Of a stretch of DNA of 64,000 nt, positions 55,280 through 64,000 are shown one piece after another (positions within the stretch are counted from its first letter, which is position 1; every line of letters begins with the position of its first letter). Under the pieces are notes generated by a model. The model had not been told where the DNA came from and did no database searches. It saw only the letters and a list, made by a program, of their open reading frames with translations. A program made the position numbers and the translations under genes. Origin of the DNA: an uncultured Nitrososphaeraceae archaeon (GTDB taxonomy: Archaea > Thermoproteota > Nitrososphaeria > Nitrososphaerales > Nitrososphaeraceae); contig CAVXZB010000064.1 in NCBI GenBank assembly GCA_963765895.1, positions 32,001 through 96,000 of the forward strand, given 5' to 3'.

Positions 55280-56009
55280 TCACGTTGAAAGACTTATGTG
55301 TCCAGAACAGAAATAGGAGACTACAACAGATGCAATTGTGACAGCTATTGTTCCTAAACTGATCGCCTTGAGAGAAATTTCCAACCTGTTTTGCTTGGTG
55401 ATAAGCGCTTTGGTTCTTTTTAATGCCTTGTATTCACGTGAAAGTCTGATTTCTATATAACTGACACAACCTGTAAGAAACGAAAGCAGAATAGCCGAAA
55501 TTGCAATTGAATCGGTCTGCATGACGAATCCAGCAAGAAGTGGGATCACCCCCCATGAAATAGCAAACCAAAAATTATCATGGAAAAAGCCTCCGAATAA
55601 CTCGAAGTTATAAGCAAATAAGAAAAATCCCTCCGAAATGGCGATCAGAGCAAGAAACGGTACATAATTAACAATGTAGTATAGTCCTATCGAATAGGCA
55701 AGGACTAACCCTAATATCAACAACAGCTTTAGTTCGCGTTTAGTAATATAATTTGCCCACGGTCTGATTCGTTTGGATCCAAGCGCATCTGCTCGCATGT
55801 GCTCCTAATCCCAAAGCTAGGAAATAAATTACTGCTAACGCAAATAATCTGTCAAGATGAATAACCGGAGATAACAAACCTCCAGAGTACTGTGAAGCAT
55901 ATGCTCATTGATGTATAAGGTAAGAACAATAGCCCAATCAAGACACGGAATTTTATTGGACCAAATTTTGGCACAAACCATTCATTGATTCGTGAGTCGT
56001 CCTTGCTCA
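55280..56009 (-). CDS. Multi-pass membrane protein, degenerate UbiA-like; frameshifts near 55880 and 55795
   Basis: ATG at 56009 gives MSKDDSRINEWFVPKFG...LFLPYT; AH..DALG...RPW, FAYNFE, SWG; about 8 transmembrane segments. Confidence 0.55.
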
Positions 56010-56687
56010 TTTCTTTTGAGCAACTACTATTCGGCAGTCCCGAGTGTATAATAGGTACATGTGACTAATCTCATACCTTTTGCATTGAGTATATTCATGC
56101 ATTCAATAAGCCACTTACTTTCTTCAATAAGATAATCCAATTCCATAAAAACGTCCTTCCATGATCGTATGATATTCGAAATGAGCTTTAAAAGGAGAAA
56201 ATAAGATTTCCAAATCACGCGCATTAACACGGCAGTTGGATAAGTAAAATCATGTAGGACTAGGATCCCGTTCTGCTTAAGGACGCGCAGACACTCGTTT
56301 AGCAGTTTATCAATATGAGTGTACTTTGGAACATACGAAGCAACAACTGAATCAAATGCTTCGTCTTTAAATGGCAGTGACTTCTGCATTGGAGTTGAGT
56401 AGGGGTAAATCAATTTTTTTGGCTAACGCAACCTGTAAATATTTGAAATTCAGATCCAAACCATACACAACTCCAAAATTGTTAACTTTCTGTATGGCGG
56501 TCGAAAGAATGCCTGTCCCGCATCCGAGGTCAAGAATAATTTTAGAATTCTTTAAGTTGTATGCAATTTGCTTTTTCCATACTTTGTCCTGGCCAAATGT
56601 GGCAGCATAGACTAACCGATCGTAACTACCAGCATTTTCAGCGGTGAAAAATTTTAGAGCACTTAGATTACCTTTGTGAAGAGGCAT
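56006..56687 (-). CDS. UbiE/MenG-like SAM methyltransferase; frameshifts near 56380 and 56030
   Basis: YDRLVYAATFGQDKVWK, ILDLGCGTG, LPFKDEAFD, RVLKQNG; corrected stop overlaps the next ATG. Confidence 0.85.
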
Positions 56688-56758
56688 GATTACTGCTATC
56701 TGACTATTAATCTATTATCAATGTATATACCTAATAATTACTCATAAATAGTAAGAGC

Positions 56759-57448
56759 TTGCATTTTGTTAATTGGCAAAGGAATATTTCCGTTGAAACT
56801 ATCAATGGTAAGAAGGTCATTGTCAAAAGGAACAAAGCGAGTAAAGGTTTCCATGAGTATCTTTTGGTACTTGCCTATGGCTTAATTTCCATCCTTATGC
56901 TACATCCTTCTACGCCACCTTTGCTGGGCGAAATTTCTCGTAAAAACGAAGGGGTTGGGATGAGAACACTTCTCAAAGACTTAGGGGTGCCGACTCCGGA
57001 CTTGTTATCTATTTCAGATAATATCATCATCGAGAAGTACATCGCAGGAGGGAATCTATATCGAGTCTTCTCACATGGTAGGCATACCGATTTGAGTTAT
57101 CACGCGGGAGTCCTGACAGGCAGATTGCATAACGCCGGATATTCGTTTATCGACAACAAATGTCAAAATTATTTGATAGGTGACACTGAGCCTGTTATTA
57201 GGACTGATCTGGGATTTACCCAAAGGAACGCATCTGCTTTCCCAAGGGGTATGGACATTGCAACCTTCCTTGCCAGCGTAATAGACCTAGACCAGAATAC
57301 ATATTTGAGAATTGAAGAGTCATTTATTAAAGGATATATTGCCCAATCCAAGAAATCAATTCCATTTTTTTGGTTGGTATTACGTAACATATTAGCCCTG
57401 GGCTTCGCATCGGATCGAATTTTAATGGTAAGAAATATGCTCCGATGA
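56759..57448 (+). CDS. Atypical protein-kinase-like enzyme (Bud32/RIO/Kdo-like)
   Basis: VIVK, GVPTP, IEKYIAG, LH.AG..FIDNKCQN, TDLG. Confidence 0.7.
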   Translation: MHFVNWQRNISVETINGKKVIVKRNKASKGFHEYLLVLAYGLISILMLHPSTPPLLGEISRKNEGVGMRTLLKDLGVPTPDLLSISDNIIIEKYIAGGNLYRVFSHGRHTDLSYHAGVLTGRLHNAGYSFIDNKCQNYLIGDTEPVIRTDLGFTQRNASAFPRGMDIATFLASVIDLDQNTYLRIEESFIKGYIAQSKKSIPFFWLVLRNILALGFASDRILMVRNMLR

Positions 57449-57474
57449 TTTATCTGGTGGAAATATTGCGTAAT

Positions 57475-57867
57475 CTAGATTGGTGGAAGCTCTGTCTTTC
57501 TGTCAAAACCGCCTGAACCAAATCTGCAATAAAAGCACTGATCTGACATCATATAGGAAATCTGTTGAATGACGACTGCTCCTAGTTTTATTGCGACTTT
57601 AGTCATCAGTTTGTACTTTAACGGCATGGAAGGAATTACTTCCTTAAAGTAAACGTTGTAGTGATCCGGACATAGCTTTAATGTAATCTGTGCCTTAATA
57701 GATTGTTTTGAATCCTGAATACTATTATTGTTTAAGTTTTTTGAGATATTCACTTGTTCCCGAATGAACTCGTGCTTGGGGCATGGACAATCTTTCCCCT
57801 TGGGATGTTTATAAGCAGGTATATTCTTCCAATCAAAATCAGGAAAATCCTTTTCAAAATCCTCCAT
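57475..57867 (-). CDS. Cys/His-rich hypothetical protein
   Basis: CPCPKH, CPDH, CFYC. Confidence 0.65.
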   Translation of the reverse strand: MEDFEKDFPDFDWKNIPAYKHPKGKDCPCPKHEFIREQVNISKNLNNNSIQDSKQSIKAQITLKLCPDHYNVYFKEVIPSMPLKYKLMTKVAIKLGAVVIQQISYMMSDQCFYCRFGSGGFDRKTELPPI

Positions 57868-57992
57868 CAGTTATCTTTGGTACTTACGGTATCATATGAT
57901 ATAAATATGTAGTATTAGCCTAGGGCATGTGTTGCTAAGCAGAAAAAATATATTTTTGGTTATCCAACAACAGACGAGCGACGTGGGTCGAG

Positions 57993-59000
57993 ATGTATAG
58001 TAATGGAATAGGCAGCGCAGCAAAGGTAGAATCATCCTCTGCTTCTGCAGAAAAAAATCGAAACGACAATTCATCAATACAGAATCAGGATTCTAATCTC
58101 AAGACTTTGTTGGAATTCAAAAAAACACTCTTGGAGGAACAGAAAAATGGGGAAAAAACCATTGAAGGACTAAACAAAAAGATTGAGGACACAAAAAGGC
58201 AGATTGATGAAGGAAGGATTCTGCTGGAGGACTTGCGCGTAAAGCTGAAAGAGATTAACGAACAAAAGGATTTACATCTCTCAAAATTTACTGAACTTAA
58301 GAATACCCTTGTAGATGCTAGGAACCAAATGAAATCACTTGATGAAAAAACAGCCTCTGCTGGTGCCAATCTTCGTAAAGAAAGGCTCAATACTACTCAT
58401 CTAACACGAGCACTTGATCAAATAGAACGGGATATACAAACTAGAAAGCTTTCAAAGGATGAGGAACGGAAGTTGGTTTTGAAATCTAAGCAGATTGCGA
58501 CCAAATTGCATGCCATGAAAATCATGTATAAAAAAGAAGACAAATATCGACAGATTTCATCTGAATATGAGATTCTAAAATCAACTATGAACAAAATATT
58601 CGACGGCAAAGCTGAACTGGGTGAAAAAATAGGTAGGTTGAAAACCGATCTGGACACCTTGCTTAACTTACGTGAGAGTCTTTATGAAGATCGAAGGAAG
58701 AACATACGAGGAGTTCGTGAATCTGAGGCTAAACTAGAAATGGTAGACACTCAATTGAACGCAATTGAATTTAAGAAATCTCGTGTACATGCCGCAGAGT
58801 ATCGTCATAGGAGACAAAGGAGTCACGGTAGACATGATGACAGATATGAAGCGGTTCAAGAAAGACATAAAAGAAATAAGGAAAATCAAGAGAGATGGAA
58901 CCTATTGAAGGAAGCTGCGGTTAAGAAAATGTCTAGCGGAGAAAAACTGAGTTTTGAGGAAATGAAGTTGATATTTAGTGATGACAATTCTCAAGACTAG
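57993..59000 (+). CDS. Archaeal long coiled-coil protein
   Basis: Continuous heptads; QTRKLS..EE and C-terminal GEKLSFEE. Confidence 0.75.
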   Translation: MYSNGIGSAAKVESSSASAEKNRNDNSSIQNQDSNLKTLLEFKKTLLEEQKNGEKTIEGLNKKIEDTKRQIDEGRILLEDLRVKLKEINEQKDLHLSKFTELKNTLVDARNQMKSLDEKTASAGANLRKERLNTTHLTRALDQIERDIQTRKLSKDEERKLVLKSKQIATKLHAMKIMYKKEDKYRQISSEYEILKSTMNKIFDGKAELGEKIGRLKTDLDTLLNLRESLYEDRRKNIRGVRESEAKLEMVDTQLNAIEFKKSRVHAAEYRHRRQRSHGRHDDRYEAVQERHKRNKENQERWNLLKEAAVKKMSSGEKLSFEEMKLIFSDDNSQD

Positions 59001-59095
59001 TATAAATTTCGCCAACAATTAATGACAATACGTAAACGAGACAATGCGAGCAACTCCTAAACACGATTTCGGTCAATCATAGTTCACGTTGTTAT

Positions 59096-59713
59096 ATGGT
59101 TGCCTCGATTTTATCCGATTATGAGGGTAAGGAATTAGTCAAGTTCGCTCGACTAACGGTTGAGAGCTACGTTTCAAATAAGGAGCTTGACTATGGTGGA
59201 AATTGGATACAAATCAAGGCAGGCGCTTTTGTAAGTCTATTTCGTTACAACGATCTTGGACACCTAGAGCTACGGGGATGTGTTGGTTATCCTTATGCTG
59301 ATAACGATTTGAATTATACCATTAAGCAGGCATCCATAGGAGCGGCTACGCGCGATCCTAGATTCAAGTCAATAACCCCCAGCGAATTGTCCGGAATAAT
59401 TTTTGAAGTTAGCATACTGACTAACCCATCTAGAATTACCATCAATAATCCGGATGATTATTTGGGTAATATAAGAATAGGAATAGATGGGTTGATTCTA
59501 TATTGGGAGTATGGATCAGGATTGTTGCTACCTCAAGTACCAGTAGAGTATAATTGGAGTGTGAAAGAATACTTGGCTAATCTTTGCAATAAGGCTAGCG
59601 CTCCATCAAATATATGGCAATTATCCACGACAAAAGTATACAAATTTCAAGCACTTGTTTTTAGAGAGATCAAACCTAATGGGGACATCATTAAAGTTAG
59701 TCTTGATGTATAG
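59096..59713 (+). CDS. AMMECR1-domain protein (TIGR00296-like)
   Basis: LRGCVG, AATRDPRF, GLLLPQV, LCNKA. Confidence 0.92.
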   Translation: MVASILSDYEGKELVKFARLTVESYVSNKELDYGGNWIQIKAGAFVSLFRYNDLGHLELRGCVGYPYADNDLNYTIKQASIGAATRDPRFKSITPSELSGIIFEVSILTNPSRITINNPDDYLGNIRIGIDGLILYWEYGSGLLLPQVPVEYNWSVKEYLANLCNKASAPSNIWQLSTTKVYKFQALVFREIKPNGDIIKVSLDV

Positions 59714-59788
59714 TCATGGAAAGGAAGTCAATATTGCTCTGCTTGTCTTGTAAAATATATGAATGGAATTCCACCCCTGTTACTTAAA

Positions 59789-60964
59789 TTGGCGAGAATA
59801 TACTTTACTCCATACGGTGTAGGACTTGGCCACGCCAGTCGACTTTTATCAGTAGCAGAACACTTACGAACATCTGGGACAGGATACGGTTTTCTTCTTT
59901 TGGAGAGGCAGTAAACTATCTTGCGGTACATGGTTATGACTGCATGCAGGTTCCTCCGATGGAACTAGTGTGGAGCCCACAGGGTAGCTTTTCTATAAAG
60001 GGCAGTATTGCTAGTATACCCCAATTGTTTACTAATTTTATTCGTCAGCTAAACACAGAAATGAAATATATCCTGTCTTACTCTCCTGATATTATAGTCT
60101 CAGATACGAGACTGTCTCCACTTTTTATAGCGGAGATTCTCAAAATACCCTCAATATTAATTCTTAACCAAGTCAAGCTGCTGCTTTCACCAAGGCTTCG
60201 GGAATTCCGGTTGGCTCGACTATACGAAAAAATGAATGGTGAATTCCTTGGCCTACTGTGGCGATTAGCGGATAGGATCCTAATTCCAGACTTGCCTCCA
60301 CCATATACTATAGCTGAACGGAATGTATGGGATACCAGTACAGTTGCGAGTAGGCTTTCCTATGTCGGCTTTACCTCTCCGAGGCTCACTGTCGCAAACG
60401 AACGACTCGAAAAAGTATGTCATTATTTAGGTCTTGATCGAGCTCGGCCAATAGTATTTTTCCACTTGAGTGGGCCGAAGCGTACAAGATTAAGAATTTT
60501 GCAAAATGTGCTATTGGCTTGCAAGTCCCTTAGACCACAAATCCAATATATAATTTCTGGTGGAACTCCAGATGGTGATCCTGATTTTAAGAAGATAGGC
60601 AGCAAATGGCTGGTATTTTCAATGGTGCCCGGTAAGGGATGAAATATTTGCTCTTAGCAATCTCTTGGTTATAAGAGGTGGTCATACTGTTATTTCTCAG
60701 GCCATTCAATTTGGTAAACCTATGTTAACTATTCCCATAGAAAACCATGGCGAGCAAATAGGAAACTCTGAAAAAGTTGCCAAAATTGGTCTTGGCATGA
60801 TGATACCGTCGGCTCACATTAATCCAAAAAAAATTGTAGAAGCAGTACATCATCTATTAGACGATCATTCTTTCCACGATAGAGCTACTGATGTAATGAA
60901 GCTTAGTAGCGATTTAGATGGAATCGATAATATCGTGAATATAATTAGGCCCTATCTCAAATGA
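59789..60964 (+). CDS. GT-B glycosyltransferase (GT28/MJ1255-like), frameshifts near 59880 and 60600
   Basis: TTG at 59789 gives MARIYFTPYGVGLGHASR; SPDIIVSD; RGGHTVISQAIQFGKP, HGEQ..N. Confidence 0.8.
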
Positions 60965-62054
60965 GATACTCTTGAGGTTATCAAATACTAATTGAGACAG
61001 TCTGTCTGCCCTGTCATAGCATTTTCGATATTCTTGTCGATTAACGGCTGCAGAAGGACTAAAATTGTCGATTTTAATTGTCTCTTCTATAAGTCCTAGA
61101 TTGCTCATATCAATGGGCTCTAGAAATAGAAGAGGGGCTAAGATGAGTTTGTCCTCTGGTCTTATCCTCTGTATAGTCTGTTCTACGAATGACAGTGAAT
61201 GAATATGCACGTTAAGTGGTATTACAATACTCCGACCTGGTAATAGGGTAAGTAAAGAGATAGCTACTGCCTCATTGAGCAAGAAATTCTGTCCGGATTT
61301 ATCTCTAGTGACGTCCTCGATACGACCGACCTTTATATTCAGTCTTCTTAGGTTAGTCCGATTGGCAATAGGCCCAAGAAATTTGGCGTTGTCTTTTAAT
61401 TCTGTGGAATCGTGGTACAAGAGACAAATATCTGGAACTAGTCCACATTTTAGCGATGCCAGACAGGAAGCTGCCGATAGTGGATTATGAATAGTTGATA
61501 ATGCGAGCACGACGCTGAAAATTGAAAGGTAGCCCTCCCAGTCCGATTTCTGAATGCATAAATACATAGCTCATACTCCTACCCACATAGCATATGATCA
61601 AGTGATCAGCTCTATTCGCGTCCCTAGCTATTTTTATATGCGATTCATTGTCTACTGTTTCTGTAAGTAGGCTACTGGAGGCAATGAACTGAACATCTTT
61701 ACTTACAAAATCAATTTTGGCATCCTCATCGACGAAAATCTTAATAAAGAATGAACAATTGGGAACAACAATTTGCTTTCCGATCTTAACTATACAATCT
61801 ATTAGATCCTGGAACTGACTTTTCACCTTCCTTGCTATTGCTACCCTGTCGATGCCATAGATTTCTGATAGGGAAGACATGGCGTCAACTAAATTGTTAA
61901 CTTCAACGACGACGCATTTTTTTTCATATATAATCTTCTGTATTAATATGTCTTTTAATGCAAGCCGTTTTCTGACTACCGACACTATTTTAGCGCTTCT
62001 TGCATCGTTACAACATGACGGAAATATCACGAGAACGTATTCATTGCTTGTCAT
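60914..62054 (-). CDS. ThiI-like THUMP-domain protein, frameshift near 61520
   Basis: GID.VAIA and GLGGLP motifs; the PP-loop is not recognisable. Confidence 0.6.
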
Positions 62055-62134
62055 GTTCTAAAAACCCTAGTCGTAATTTCCATTTATCGAATTGCCTTTA
62101 GATTAGAAAAGCTGATTAACTAGTCGATGTTGTT

Positions 62135-63094
62135 CTACCTTTCTCTAATCGCTTCCTCGATCGATTTCCTGTCGTGAGCGTTCGGTAACTGAGCAAGGTA
62201 TTCAATAAGGTCTTGTTTGGCCTCCGTATGCTTTCCAATTTCGGTCCTTGCCACAGCACGATTTTTATATATAGAAGCATATCGCTTAGCGTTGATCCCT
62301 ATTGCTTTTGTATATTGATCTTCCGCCTTTATGAATTCCTTATTTTTTAGATAATAGTTTCCTAGCCCCCTGTAGGCCAAGTACAATTTTGGATTAAGCG
62401 AAACAGCCTTTTCATAACAGCCTATGCATTCAGGAAGATTAATTTCGTTATATAACGATCCTAGTATATACCAGACTTGAGCGTTGTCTTCCTCTTTGCG
62501 CAGAGCCAATTTTAATCTCTGTATCACTTCATTTGTAGGAATCTGACGCTTCATTTTCTCTACTTCAAAACCTAACCTATTTGAATTTAGGAACTTCAAG
62601 TTCTCTTTCTCCAGAATCGCCCCGATGTCTTTAGGAACAATCACTATCGTGGTCATGTCTTCTTGTTCCCAATCATTTTCGAACATGACTTCTGGTATTG
62701 CGCCTATTGTGTTAGGTTCTGGCACATAAGTGAAGATCCTTCGCTCATCGTTACTATAACCACAAACGATAGAAGCATGTTGAATTGTCTCTTGGATACC
62801 AGGCATTACCACGATTGATGGAATACCCTGATCTACTCTCTTCTTCACATCACTTATAGAGCCTTTGTATATGTACGAAACTAAGCCATGTTTTTCAGCC
62901 AATTCTATACCTTCTATCATTATGGTGCTTTTTACACCTCTATATATCTCCGCTGATCCTTCAGCTTCATTTACATCAATTTCTTCACCCCAGTATTTTG
63001 AAACCACATTGACAACCAATGGTAAGTATACATGTTCGAACTCCTTTGTTACGATAGGCAAGTGAATCATTTGATCTTCACTTTGAGAATGCAT
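62135..63094 (-). CDS. C39-peptidase-like domain plus TPR repeats
   Basis: QGIPSIV, HASIVCGY, FENDW; C-terminal TPRs; start placed at ATG 63094. Confidence 0.75.
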   Translation of the reverse strand: MHSQSEDQMIHLPIVTKEFEHVYLPLVVNVVSKYWGEEIDVNEAEGSAEIYRGVKSTIMIEGIELAEKHGLVSYIYKGSISDVKKRVDQGIPSIVVMPGIQETIQHASIVCGYSNDERRIFTYVPEPNTIGAIPEVMFENDWEQEDMTTIVIVPKDIGAILEKENLKFLNSNRLGFEVEKMKRQIPTNEVIQRLKLALRKEEDNAQVWYILGSLYNEINLPECIGCYEKAVSLNPKLYLAYRGLGNYYLKNKEFIKAEDQYTKAIGINAKRYASIYKNRAVARTEIGKHTEAKQDLIEYLAQLPNAHDRKSIEEAIRER

Positions 63095-63140
63095 ACTCTC
63101 ACATTGCAAGTTAAGCAAATAAATATCTGCTGGAGATAGT

Positions 63141-63720
63141 TCACAAACCAACGAAGTTTCTTATTAACTGCAAGCCGTCGGCACCACTTCGTTCCGGATG
63201 GAATTGCACTCCAAAGATCAATTTCGATTTATGCGATATAATCTCATTTTGACACAAGATCGATGATCCGATTCGTACAGAATCATCAGGCAGCCTGGCG
63301 ATACTATATCCGTGACTCTCAAAGACGCTTATGGAACTTGATTTGGTTACGAGAGGGTTAGGTTCGAGGATTTCTACAGTTGACATTTGACGAATTGGGT
63401 GCTTCATCCTCGTTATAGTGCCTCCAAATGTCAGGGCAATTATTTCACATCCAAAGCAAATTCCTAACACTGGAACCTCATCCTCAGCACATCTTCTCAG
63501 AAGTAACGAATTAATCCAGTTGCTCTCTTTGCTACTCATTTGCCTGCCTGACAAAATCACCTTATCATAGGCCTTATCCACCCAATGGTTTGATCTTGAT
63601 AATTCGTAAAACCTCTTATACTCATATTTGACTTTGACCAAATTGAGACAAGTTATGATGTCCTTGGCGAAGGGGGAAAGGTTGTCAACTACAAGTACCT
63701 CTAGATGATAACTTGCTCAT
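63141..63720 (-). CDS. Class I glutamine amidotransferase (GMP synthase GAT-like); 5' end frameshifted
   Basis: VLVVDN upstream of the ORF-track start, ILSG, VLGICFG, FESH, GVQFHPE. Confidence 0.85.
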
Positions 63721-63896
63721 CGCGATAGGGTGAAAGATTGATCACATCATACTTAAACTGTAGTCAAGAATTATCGATTAATTCGTACTCCCACGTAGGT
63801 ATCACTCTTATTCCTAAATAAACTCTCTTAGTCCAGGACCGCTGGGATATCCGTCACTTGTACACAAGATTAATGACAATCTGATTTCAGAGGTTT

Positions 63897-64000
63897 TTAT
63901 GATCTGTCCTCCCAAACAGCAGATTTGCCAGTCTCAAAATCTACCACAAGCTGAATTTTTATCCTAGTTGGATCCGGGATTTTGGAAAGATTGAGAGAGC
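63897..64000 (-). CDS. 3' end of an unidentified gene truncated by the window
   Basis: Open frame LNLSKIPDPTRIKIQLVVDFETGKSAVWEDRS*. Confidence 0.4.
   Translation of the reverse strand, partial: SLNLSKIPDPTRIKIQLVVDFETGKSAVWEDRS

Noticed and set aside
54635-57448. Integrated element at tRNA-Ala or tRNA-Arg
   Set aside because: No integrase and no duplicated tRNA 3' end seen in the window
391-63720. Programmed ribosomal frameshifting or mass pseudogenisation
   Set aside because: Shifts hit essential genes at scattered positions with no shared slippery motif seen; assembly error is the simpler explanation

Overview
Archaeal chromosomal window, most likely from an ammonia-oxidising thaumarchaeote of the Nitrososphaeraceae type. 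The assignment rests on archaeal SRP54, Pus10, S24e/S27ae, PriS/PriL and Lsm, together with bacterial-type MetK and UvrABC, anaerobic cbi genes, Amt with two PII genes, FixABCX, and PsbP-like and wHTH family members. About 20 genes, several of them essential, are split by single-base indels, which points to an unpolished long-read assembly, so split ORFs are joined below. Two tRNA genes absent from the ORF track were found: tRNA-Arg(CCG) with a 13-nt non-canonical 29/30 intron, and tRNA-Ala(GGC). The most interesting candidates are: (1) a wHTH fused to a truncated nucleotide-sugar dehydrogenase with poly-Asn microsatellites, divergent from a full-length dehydrogenase; (2) a UbiC-like/UbiA-like/UbiE-like cluster with a divergent kinase near a GDGT ring synthase-like radical SAM gene; (3) a DUF59/MIP18-PqqD(RRE) fusion; (4) a nucleotidyltransferase-pseudokinase fusion; (5) an accessory patch (27.3-30.9 kb) with a His-rich CxxC secreted micropeptide and a 15-bp hairpin sRNA candidate. 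All family assignments come from motif recognition by eye; no database searches were run.
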